A DNA stretch of 43,416 nt from Pseudomonadota bacterium (GCA_024640785.1 JAHEEI010000002.1:1-43416); one strand, 5' to 3'. Shown: positions 28,217 through 35,720, numbered from the stretch's first letter. The notes: generated by a model not told the origin, from the letters alone. A program made the numbers and translations.

Positions 28217-28675
28217 CAGGTTTCCCTCCATTAATTAGAATTAGCAGAATTTTTAAACGGAACTTCTGTTGAAAATTTAACAGCACTTTCTAAGTGTGTA
28301 TAACGATAATGCAAGATTGTCAAATATAATAAGTTTATGGTTAAAATCTTTAAATTTATTGATTTTATTTAATAATTTTGATCAGGAAGAGGGAATTTGA
28401 ATCCCCTTTCTATGATTTTTTCATAAATTTAAATCAACTAGTTACAAGATTTAAAATTATTATTTTTTCCGTCACTAATTCATTTTTTGAATTTGGAAGA
28501 AAAATATCAATTAAGTTATTATTATACCTTAACCTGTTGCTCTCCCATTCGAACAGAACTCACATAGTATCCGGACGCACCTCCATCTGCATCCGTTCCG
28601 ATAATGGGCCTGAGTCAATATGGCTAAATAAATAATCGCTCTATAACTAATATTGGTGCAACTATGTGGAGCAGG

Positions 28676-29488
28676 TCATTTTGGAATTGCTACTGCTTTA
28701 AAACCATATTCTCTAAGAATTTTTTGGCCTTTAGGAGATAAAATATACAGCGCCAGCCGCCATGCTTCTTTAGAAGCTCCATCTCTAACTAAAAGGCCAT
28801 AATCGGCCCCTACAGAAAGCTCTTCAGGTATTCTGATAATTTTAAGGGTTTGAACTTCTTTTTGAGCTAAAACAGCATTGGTGCAATAAGTCAGGAACAC
28901 GTCAGCCTTCTTTTCACTCATTACCCATCCATATGGGTTGCGTCCATCAGGGGCCTTCTCACTATTTGGCCCGCCAGTCAGTTGAAGAGCTTTATTGGAA
29001 AGCTCTGTAAAGCTCCCGTCTTTTATCGTTTCTGCATTATGAAAAAGTTCCCACGCATAGTCTCCGCTTGGATCAGCTTTTGGGGTTGATGTGCCCACTT
29101 TAATATTCTTATCCATAAGAGTATTTAGTAAATTATCTGTAGTTAAATTTACATAAGGCTGCGCCAAGGCGCAAAGCTGATTACGGGCAAACAGAACAAC
29201 TGGACTTCCCCAACCTCCCGATACGAGTTTTTCGGGGTGTGCCATATTTGCAGAAGCAAAAACATCTGGCTTTTCACCTTGTTCAATTGCTTTTCTTAAA
29301 AGGCCACTTGGTCCGAACTTTGTAGTTACTTTTGTTTTATAGGCCTTTTCATAGGAAGCTACTGCATCTCCTAGCGCTGTTTTCAAGCTTCCTGCTGCAT
29401 AGAGCGTTAAAGAATCAGCTGATGCAGATAAAGGAATTAAAAAACAAACAAGAGTAACTAAGGCTGCTATATTTTGATATCTTCTCAT
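28676..29488 (-). CDS. modA: Periplasmic molybdate/tungstate-binding protein, ModA-like
   Basis: Signal peptide (MRRYQNIAALVTLVCFLIPLSASA), then LTLYAAGSLKTALGDAV...FGPSG.L...I.QG...DVFASAN, which is typical of ModA. GGAG lies 6 nt upstream of the ATG at 29488 (the longest ORF reaches 29500). A Moco-like riboswitch precedes the gene. Confidence 0.75.
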   Translation of the reverse strand: MRRYQNIAALVTLVCFLIPLSASADSLTLYAAGSLKTALGDAVASYEKAYKTKVTTKFGPSGLLRKAIEQGEKPDVFASANMAHPEKLVSGGWGSPVVLFARNQLCALAQPYVNLTTDNLLNTLMDKNIKVGTSTPKADPSGDYAWELFHNAETIKDGSFTELSNKALQLTGGPNSEKAPDGRNPYGWVMSEKKADVFLTYCTNAVLAQKEVQTLKIIRIPEELSVGADYGLLVRDGASKEAWRLALYILSPKGQKILREYGFKAVAIPK

Positions 29489-29617
29489 AATAGTCTCCAT
29501 TTTATTTTAGACACAACTTATATATTGGATGGATCTTGTTTTTAAATGTATGTTAATATTGCCAAGCAAAGCTAGTACAATATTTATAACCTTTTAATAA
29601 TCCGTATTTAATTTCAT

Positions 29618-29653
29618 AAAAAAGCCAGTTCCCGTGTTTAGATAGGAACCGGC
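29618..29653 (-). terminator. Intrinsic terminator (expression platform of riboswitch copy A)
   Basis: Minus-strand RNA: GCCGGUUCC - 12-nt loop - GGAACUGGC (9 bp including one G-U), followed by UUUUUU. Confidence 0.65.
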
Positions 29654-29670
29654 CTCTTTGCTAGCAATTT

Positions 29671-29768
29671 TCTCCTTTTCAAATACGGGAGGCATGACCC
29701 TTTCGTTTCAAACCCTTAGGCCTTACGTCATAGGTTTTTCACCCTTAGACAAATAAGGCTCGGAGACA
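29671..29768 (-). promoter_or_regulatory. Moco/Tuco-riboswitch-like aptamer, copy A
   Basis: Minus-strand RNA: GUCUCCGAGCCUUAUUUGUCUAAGGGUGAAAAACCUAUGACGUAAGGCCUAAGGGUUUGAAACGAAAGGGUCAUGCCUCCCGUAUUUGAAAAGGAGA. It carries the CUCCGAGCC and GCCUCCC strings I associate with the Moco RNA motif. It has a closing stem UCUCC/GGAGA, an inner GGGU/ACCU hairpin and a UAUGAC/GUCAUG stem. It sits upstream of a Mo/W binding protein. Confidence 0.6.
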
Positions 29769-29825
29769 ATATTTAATTTTAAGTTATGTTTATAATTTTT
29801 TTTTACCTGCCTTGTATCCAATCCT

Positions 29826-31130
29826 TTAGAATTTAAAGATAAGATCAAGGGCCACATCGGTCTTATCATCTTCCGGACCGCGCACACTGTCCGTTATCCA
29901 GGTGGTTGCCGCAAACACTATCTGTGGATGAAACTTGTACTGGAGTGAAAACTTACTTCCACGACGGTTTGCCCCGCCAAAATTTGCATCAGCAAAATAA
30001 CCCACAACAGCATCGGGCTCTATCCGTGCATACTTGTACCCAAAGGCCCAGTCACCCTTTTCTTTAATCTTGCCGATTGAAAACCCAAGAGCATATGCAT
30101 AGTCGTTATCGTCACTGTCAGTATTTTTGGCGTAATCACCGTAAAGCTGAACCGGGATTCCGCAAAGCTTTGTATCCCAGAAGGAGGTTACATCAAAAAC
30201 CTTAAATCCGCCTTCGCCGCTGTTACCTTTATTTTTACTGCTTTTCCACTCAGTAAGAGTGTCCCAGTCTATGTTAGAAAAATCATAAAGCGTTGCTGCC
30301 AGAGTCCACTGGCTTTTTGCAAGATCCCAGGTATACCCCGTCTGATATCCATAAAGAGCGGCGTCATCAGACTCGGGGCTATAGCCTTCGTCATTGTTAT
30401 TGTTCTCGTCAATAACGAACTGTGCAAGGGTAATAAAGGGTTTGAATGTATCCGTCAGGTTAAAGACATATTTTTCATAAACGCCTTCGGGATTAAGATC
30501 AGCGTCCCAGACAATGTCCGTATGAACAAACGGATTCGGGACCTTTCCGCCTGCAAGCTCCAGACCTTTAAGCCAGTTGGGCCTGTAAAGTGCATAAGCA
30601 CGGTCGATCCAGATATCTTTTTCTGAAAAGGAATCATTAAAGGACTGATTTGTCGAAGTGCCAACGTTGCTATCTCCGGTGGCCAGACGCAGGACCACAT
30701 CCAGCTCATCACAGAGCTTCTTTGCAAAATTAAGCCTCAGCCTGAACCTGCCCCGGTGTTGGTCAGCCTTGTTGGTTCTGTTTACGATAGCTTCATATCT
30801 CAACCGGAAATCACCGCCGAACTTAATTCCCTTTAACCATTCGGGAACGGGCATGGTTTCTTCATTCACAAGCTCTGCCACAATACTCTTTATCTGCTCA
30901 CGATTCGCCGGCGAAACAACGTCAGCCGTCGGAGTTGCTGCCGAAGCCTTGTTCTGCAGGCTGTCAATGACCCGGTTCTGCTCTTGTATTTGCTTCTGCT
31001 GCTCTTGAATCATCTTCTCCATTTCAGCAAATTTTTTCATCAGTTCCGCATCTGACATAGAAAATCCCGGTCCACTGCAGACCAGAACATAGGAAAGTGC
31101 AAATATCATGATTTGTATACCTTTTTTCAC
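29826..31130 (-). CDS. Outer-membrane porin-like beta-barrel protein with N-terminal coiled coil
   Basis: GTG start 6 nt after GAGGAG. Signal peptide, then a Gln/Glu-rich coiled-coil segment (MKKFAEMEKMIQEQQKQIQEQNRVIDSLQ). Alternating aromatic/polar beta-strand patterns follow, and the C-terminus ends in Phe (...LDLIFKF). The gene starts 59 nt downstream of the tupA-like stop. Confidence 0.65.
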   Translation of the reverse strand: MKKGIQIMIFALSYVLVCSGPGFSMSDAELMKKFAEMEKMIQEQQKQIQEQNRVIDSLQNKASAATPTADVVSPANREQIKSIVAELVNEETMPVPEWLKGIKFGGDFRLRYEAIVNRTNKADQHRGRFRLRLNFAKKLCDELDVVLRLATGDSNVGTSTNQSFNDSFSEKDIWIDRAYALYRPNWLKGLELAGGKVPNPFVHTDIVWDADLNPEGVYEKYVFNLTDTFKPFITLAQFVIDENNNNDEGYSPESDDAALYGYQTGYTWDLAKSQWTLAATLYDFSNIDWDTLTEWKSSKNKGNSGEGGFKVFDVTSFWDTKLCGIPVQLYGDYAKNTDSDDNDYAYALGFSIGKIKEKGDWAFGYKYARIEPDAVVGYFADANFGGANRRGSKFSLQYKFHPQIVFAATTWITDSVRGPEDDKTDVALDLIFKF

Positions 31131-31189
31131 TCTGCTCTCCTCTTCTTATTAATGGTTTATATTATATTTTAAATTATATATTTAAATGC

Positions 31190-32002
31190 CTATTTAATAG
31201 ACATCGGAACAAATAGCGGCTGGTTGAATTTTTCCTTGCCGAACTCACGGATTATTTCCTGTCCCTGAATTGAGGTGATCCACCCGATAAGAGCCATTGC
31301 ATGAATATACTTTACATGGGCATGTTTTGCAGGATTAACCGCGATTATACCATATGGATTATACAGCTCCGGATCACCCTCACACAAGACCGGAAGGCTT
31401 ATCTTCTTTGAAAAAGCCAGAAAAGTGCCCCGGTCTGCCAGGGTGTAGGCTTTTTTTTCATCTGCAATCGTTAAGACCAAGCCCATGCCCTGACCCGCCT
31501 CCTGGTACCACTGGCCTTTGGCGGATATACCCGCTTTTTCCCAGATCCTTTTCTCTTTTTTATGGGTCCCTGAATCATCTCCCCGTGAAATAAAAGGCGC
31601 CTTGGCTTCGGCAATCTTTTTAAATGCCAGGGCGGCATCTTTCATACCTTTTATCCCTGCAGGATCATCTTCAGGCCCGACAATCACAAAGTCGTTATAC
31701 ATGACATCTCTGCGGTTAACTCCAAACCCTGCGTCTACAAATTTGTCTTCTGCCTCTCTGGCATGGACAAAAACAATATCCACATCACCGTTTTCACCAA
31801 GTTTTAATGCTTTGCCCGTTCCCACAGCAATAACATCAACTTTTATATCAAACATTTTTTCAAATGGCGGAATAAGGGCCTCCAGAAGACCTGAATTGTC
31901 CGTGCTGGTGGTTGTCGACATCTTCAGTCTCTGTTCAGCATTTAAAATTCCTGAACAAAAAACAAGGATCAAAACAGTAAATGTTAATGCTTTCTTCTTC
32001 AT
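31190..32002 (-). CDS. tupA: Periplasmic tungstate-binding protein, TupA-like
   Basis: Signal peptide, then the MSTTTSTDNSGLLEALIPPFEK and VFVHA...MYNDFVIVGP..DPAGI patterns typical of TupA-type binding proteins. GGAGGAG lies 5 nt upstream of the ATG. Confidence 0.75.
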   Translation of the reverse strand: MKKKALTFTVLILVFCSGILNAEQRLKMSTTTSTDNSGLLEALIPPFEKMFDIKVDVIAVGTGKALKLGENGDVDIVFVHAREAEDKFVDAGFGVNRRDVMYNDFVIVGPEDDPAGIKGMKDAALAFKKIAEAKAPFISRGDDSGTHKKEKRIWEKAGISAKGQWYQEAGQGMGLVLTIADEKKAYTLADRGTFLAFSKKISLPVLCEGDPELYNPYGIIAVNPAKHAHVKYIHAMALIGWITSIQGQEIIREFGKEKFNQPLFVPMSIK

Positions 32003-32157
32003 ACTCTCTCCTCCATATAGGTTATTATGTTTTCATGTAAAAATTTTTTTAAAATAGTCTGCCAGTTAAAACGTGCGATTTTAAAAATGATGCCCATTGT
32101 GCATTACAGAAGGTTAAAATCCTCTAGTCCTCGCCCTTTGGATCTTTTTAAAAGCTT

Positions 32158-32200
32158 AAAAAAACAAAAAAACCGGTACCCAAAGCAAAGGATACCGGTT
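32158..32200 (-). terminator. Intrinsic terminator (expression platform of riboswitch copy B)
   Basis: Minus-strand RNA: AACCGGUAUCC - UUUGCUUU - GGGUACCGGUU (11 bp including one G-U), followed by UUUUUGUUUUUUU. Confidence 0.7.
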
Positions 32201-32218
32201 ATAAAATATTCCAGTCTT

Positions 32219-32318
32219 TTTCCCTTGTCCGAATACGGGAGATATGATCTTTTCAAATCATACCCTTACGGCCACTTCTCATAGCCTTTAAAGGCCTTAG
32301 ATACACGGCTTTAGGAAA
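32219..32318 (-). promoter_or_regulatory. Moco/Tuco-riboswitch-like aptamer, copy B (divergent core)
   Basis: Minus-strand RNA: UUUCCUAAAGCCGUGUAUCUAAGGCCUUUAAAGGCUAUGAGAAGUGGCCGUAAGGGUAUGAUUUGAAAAGAUCAUAUCUCCCGUAUUCGGACAAGGGAAA. It has the same order of elements as copy A (AGCC, UCUAAGG, hairpin, UAUGA, GGCC, UAAGGGU, CUCCCGUAUU). Base pairs are compensatory in the closing stem (UUUCC/GGAAA against UCUCC/GGAGA) and in the first hairpin (GGCC/GGCU against GGGU/ACCU). Confidence 0.5.
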
Positions 32319-32338
32319 TTATTTTGTATGTAATGAAA

Positions 32339-32367
32339 ACAATATATATACAAAGCGCTTTTGTCAA
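32339..32367 (-). promoter_or_regulatory. Putative sigma70 promoter driving riboswitch B and the tupA-like operon
   Basis: The minus strand has TTGACA (32367-32362), a 17-nt spacer, then TATTGT inside a TATATATATT run. It ends about 20 nt upstream of the aptamer. Confidence 0.4.
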
Positions 32368-32563
32368 TAGAAAATTTATCCTCAAGCTCAAAAAACAGGA
32401 ATTTAATAAAAATCCTTCTTGCAAATATTTTTTAATTCCAATAATATTTGAACACAACGCAATAATTTAGTACAATTTGCACAGGCACTAAATAAAAAAA
32501 GCTGGTATAGCCTTCAAATACCAAACCAAGCCCATATAAAACTTCACAAGAAGCAAAATCATC

Positions 32564-32923
32564 ATGAGCCAGAATATGAGAGCCAATGAAAGAGCCAGCG
32601 TGCATATGGAGGTTGTTTATAAAGAATCCGGTTCTTTTATTAAGTCCTACATATTGAATGTCAATGATGGGGGGCTTTTTATAAAAACCGAAACACCGCT
32701 TCCCCTTGACTCAAAAGTCACGCTAAGCCTTACCCTCCCCGGAGATACTGAAATAATGGAGATGGAAGGTATTGTCGTATGGACAAACCCAAGGGGCGGT
32801 AAAAACTCGTTTCCTAAGGGAATGGGCGTAAAGTTTTTAAACTTAAAAAGCGAACATGCCAAAAAAATAAACAGCTTGGTTAAAGAACATAAAAAAGAGA
32901 TAGAAAACTTTTCAATTATCTAA
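32564..32923 (+). CDS. PilZ-domain protein (putative c-di-GMP receptor)
   Basis: 119 aa. RxxxR (RANER, residues 6-10), then an N.N..G.F element (NVNDGGLFI) about 20 residues later. The beta-barrel-like remainder includes GMGVKF. Confidence 0.75.
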   Translation: MSQNMRANERASVHMEVVYKESGSFIKSYILNVNDGGLFIKTETPLPLDSKVTLSLTLPGDTEIMEMEGIVVWTNPRGGKNSFPKGMGVKFLNLKSEHAKKINSLVKEHKKEIENFSII

Positions 32924-32945
32924 ACTTCCTGCAAACGCATTCCTG

Positions 32946-33491
32946 CTAAGAAAGCCTTAAAGAGTTTAAACCAAAAGAGCTTCTCAAGCTGTTAACAGCA
33001 TTGAAAATATCCTTATCAGAGCTAATAACTTTGTTCAGTTTTCCAGTTGAGGAGTTAAGCCTTTTGGAGGCCTCGCTAAGTTTTCCTTTTGAAGTATAAA
33101 TGGAATCAAGAAGTACCGCACAATAAAGGGGATAAAGTCTGTTTTTAGAATTAATTTTTTTTATACCCTCTTTTAAAAAGAGCGCGGCTGCCTCCGGGTG
33201 GACTTTAAATCCGGTTGAAGAAAAATCTTTTCTCACCTGAAGTGCGATTTTCTTTTTTAGACGTTTTAATGCTTTTTCTTTGTTGTCAGACTGGGATCTG
33301 CTTTCCTCTGCTACTGTTGAAATAGTTGTTCTTTTATGCGTTGCTCTGACAGCACTGTATGTCCTGTTTTTTTTCTGCCCTCCCGGACCTGAAGCCATAT
33401 AAAACTCCAACCTGCAGGAACACTCAAACGCTTTATCTTCTAAAGTAATAAACGGATATGCTCCATCATAAAAAACTGAAACTTCTTTCAT
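32946..33491 (-). CDS. GGQ-motif peptide-chain-release-factor-like protein (ArfB/RF-1-domain-like) with C-terminal extension
   Basis: ASGPGGQKKNRTYSAVR contains the GGQ motif at nt 33375-33383. A basic helix (KALKRLKKKIALQVRK) follows, then about 80 further residues. AGGAGA lies 7 nt upstream of the ATG. Confidence 0.7.
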   Translation of the reverse strand: MKEVSVFYDGAYPFITLEDKAFECSCRLEFYMASGPGGQKKNRTYSAVRATHKRTTISTVAEESRSQSDNKEKALKRLKKKIALQVRKDFSSTGFKVHPEAAALFLKEGIKKINSKNRLYPLYCAVLLDSIYTSKGKLSEASKRLNSSTGKLNKVISSDKDIFNAVNSLRSSFGLNSLRLS

Positions 33492-33684
33492 TCACTATTC
33501 TCCTGTGTAAAGAAGATCTCTTTAACTTTTAATCAAGGTAACTAAACTTCAAAGACATGTCAATTTTCATATAAAAGATAACATATCAAAAAAATCTTCA
33601 GAATTAATTTTTTTAAAATGACAGTATGATTGTTTTCTGCTAGTAATATTCACTGACACCTTTTCTTTGATAAGGAGATTGTAA

Positions 33685-34998
33685 GTGCAAAGAATAGCTC
33701 AAAAAATAAAATCAAAAAAAACCGTAATCGGAATAATCGGCCTTGGATACGTGGGACTTCCTGTCGTAATTCGTTTTGCCGAAGAAGGCTTTAAGGTTTT
33801 AGGCTTTGATATTGACCTTAAAAAAGTAAAAAACATAAACATGGGAAAAAGCTATATCAAACATATTCAAGGTAATAGCTTCAAAAGCCTGGTAAAAGAA
33901 AAACAGATTGAAGCAACCAATGATTTTAAAAAAATTAAAAATGTTGACGCTGTTATAATCTGCGTTCCCACACCGTTAAATGAAATGCGCGAACCGGACC
34001 TTCAGTATGTAGAAGAAACCGCTAAAGCAGTCGCCCAAAACCTTCGAAAAGGACATATCATCTGCCTTGAAAGCACAACCTATCCCGGCACTACAGATGA
34101 GATCCTCCTGCCCCTTTTTGAAAAAAGCAGGCTTAAGGTGGGAAGAGATTTTTTCCTAGTATATTCACCTGAAAGAGAAGATCCCGGCAACACTGAATTT
34201 ACAACAAAAACAATACCCAAGATCGTTGGCGGAATCACACCGGCTTGCCGTAAAGTTGGCAAGATCCTTTATGAACAAATAATTGAAAAAGTAGTGGAAG
34301 TCTCCTCTACCCGAACCGCAGAACTCACAAAGCTTCTTGAAAATATATATCGTTGCGTAAACATCGCACTGGTTAACGAAATGAAAATCCTGGCTGACAA
34401 GATGGATATTAATATATGGGAGGTAATTGATGCCTCGGCCACAAAACCTTTTGGCTTTTCTCCCTTCTATCCCGGCCCCGGCCTTGGTGGGCATTGCATC
34501 CCCATTGATCCTTTTTATCTTTCCTGGAAAGCAAGAGAATATGATTTTACCACAAGGTTTATTGAGCTTGCCGGAGAGATCAACACCTCCATGCCTTCTT
34601 ACGTAATAAATAAAGTGATGGAAGCCTTAAACACAAAGGAACAAAGCTTAAAGGGAGCAAAGATACTTGTTCTGGGTATCGCTTATAAAAAAGATATTGA
34701 TGATGACAGAGAATCACCCTCTCTTAAAATTATTGACATGTTAAAACAAAAAGGTGCCGAAGTAAGCTACAACGATCCGTTTATTCCAAAGCTTAAAAAA
34801 TACAGAAAATATGATTTCAATTTGTCTTCTAAAAAGATCACAAAGACACTGCTTAAGAACACAGACCTGGTTTTAATCGCAACGAACCATAGTGAGTATG
34901 ACTATGGCTGGTTGGCTGAAAACGCAAACCTTATTGTTGACACAAGAAATGCGGTTAAAAAAAAGAAAAAATACATCGGCAAAATATTTGCCGCATAA
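33685..34998 (+). CDS. UDP-N-acetyl-hexosamine (ManNAc/GlcNAc) dehydrogenase-family nucleotide-sugar dehydrogenase
   Basis: GTG start 7 nt after AAGGAG. N-terminal Rossmann motif GIIGLGYVGLP. The catalytic-Cys region is GPGLGGHCIPIDP. Length is 437 aa. Confidence 0.88.
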   Translation: MQRIAQKIKSKKTVIGIIGLGYVGLPVVIRFAEEGFKVLGFDIDLKKVKNINMGKSYIKHIQGNSFKSLVKEKQIEATNDFKKIKNVDAVIICVPTPLNEMREPDLQYVEETAKAVAQNLRKGHIICLESTTYPGTTDEILLPLFEKSRLKVGRDFFLVYSPEREDPGNTEFTTKTIPKIVGGITPACRKVGKILYEQIIEKVVEVSSTRTAELTKLLENIYRCVNIALVNEMKILADKMDINIWEVIDASATKPFGFSPFYPGPGLGGHCIPIDPFYLSWKAREYDFTTRFIELAGEINTSMPSYVINKVMEALNTKEQSLKGAKILVLGIAYKKDIDDDRESPSLKIIDMLKQKGAEVSYNDPFIPKLKKYRKYDFNLSSKKITKTLLKNTDLVLIATNHSEYDYGWLAENANLIVDTRNAVKKKKKYIGKIFAA

Positions 34999-35010
34999 CA
35001 ATAACTGAAA

Positions 35011-35718
35011 ATGCAGACAAAGCTAAGAATCCTGACCTACCACCGGATAGGCTTCCCCTCAAAGGGGAAAAAATATGAGACTCTGACTGTTCTTCCCCAA
35101 CGTTTCCGGGCACAGTTAAAACTGCTGCAGCTTATGAATTTTACCCATAGAAGCCTCGATGATGTTGCCGAAAATTTTAAAAACAAAGAAAAATTTCTCA
35201 AAAAACAGATCGTACTTAGCTTTGATGATGGTTTTGATGATCTATACGAACATGCTTTTCCTTCCCTGGTGAAAATGGCAATACCTGCGATCATCTATCT
35301 GGTTACGGACCGTACCGAAAATACCTGGGATAGAAAGACTGCTTTAAGACCATTAAAGCTTTTAAGCCTAGACAGAATATCTGAAATGTCCAGACATGGT
35401 ATTATCTTTGGTAGCCATACCCGAACCCATGAAAACCTCACTCAGTGCACAGACGACCAGCTTTTAAATGAAGTGGTTAACTCAAAAAAAATTATTGAAG
35501 ACATGCTGGGTCTTGAGGTCAAACATTTTTGTTATCCCTTCGGAGCGGTAAATCAGCGTGTCGCCGATACGGTAAAACAGGCTGGTTATCAAACAGCCTG
35601 TACCACAAAAAAAGGTTCTGTTTATCTAAACAACAATCCCTTTATGCTGCCCCGGCTTACAATCGGCAAACGAATGAATCTTTTAAAATTTTTACTGCGA
35701 ATTACGGTAAGAGATTAA
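35011..35718 (+). CDS. Polysaccharide deacetylase (NodB-homology domain)
   Basis: LSFDDGFDDLYEHAFP (Asp-Asp metal/catalytic motif), GSHTRTH, and FCYPFG. Confidence 0.85.
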   Translation: MQTKLRILTYHRIGFPSKGKKYETLTVLPQRFRAQLKLLQLMNFTHRSLDDVAENFKNKEKFLKKQIVLSFDDGFDDLYEHAFPSLVKMAIPAIIYLVTDRTENTWDRKTALRPLKLLSLDRISEMSRHGIIFGSHTRTHENLTQCTDDQLLNEVVNSKKIIEDMLGLEVKHFCYPFGAVNQRVADTVKQAGYQTACTTKKGSVYLNNNPFMLPRLTIGKRMNLLKFLLRITVRD

Positions 35719-35720
35719 TC

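Noticed and set aside
28378-28635. 85-aa plus-strand ORF in the AT-rich gap downstream of the ModA-like gene.
   Set aside because: It has a TTG start without a Shine-Dalgarno sequence, and its low-complexity Ile/Phe/Leu/Asn-rich translation reflects AT-rich DNA. Only its last 15 or so codons (IRSDNGPE) are noteworthy, and they are reported separately as a possible relic.
31518-32057. 179-aa plus-strand ORF opposite the tupA-like gene, and similar antisense ORFs in the porin, kinases, ABC-F, AOR and typA genes.
   Set aside because: These are shadow ORFs inside confidently assigned genes, with no motifs or ribosome-binding sites.
35529-35720. Upstream extension of the glycosyltransferase ORF (423-aa version).
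   Set aside because: The extension overlaps the deacetylase gene in another frame and its translation looks non-protein-like. An ATG at 35721, 2 nt after the upstream stop, gives a normal GT4 N-terminus (MRIVQIEKQRGWGG).
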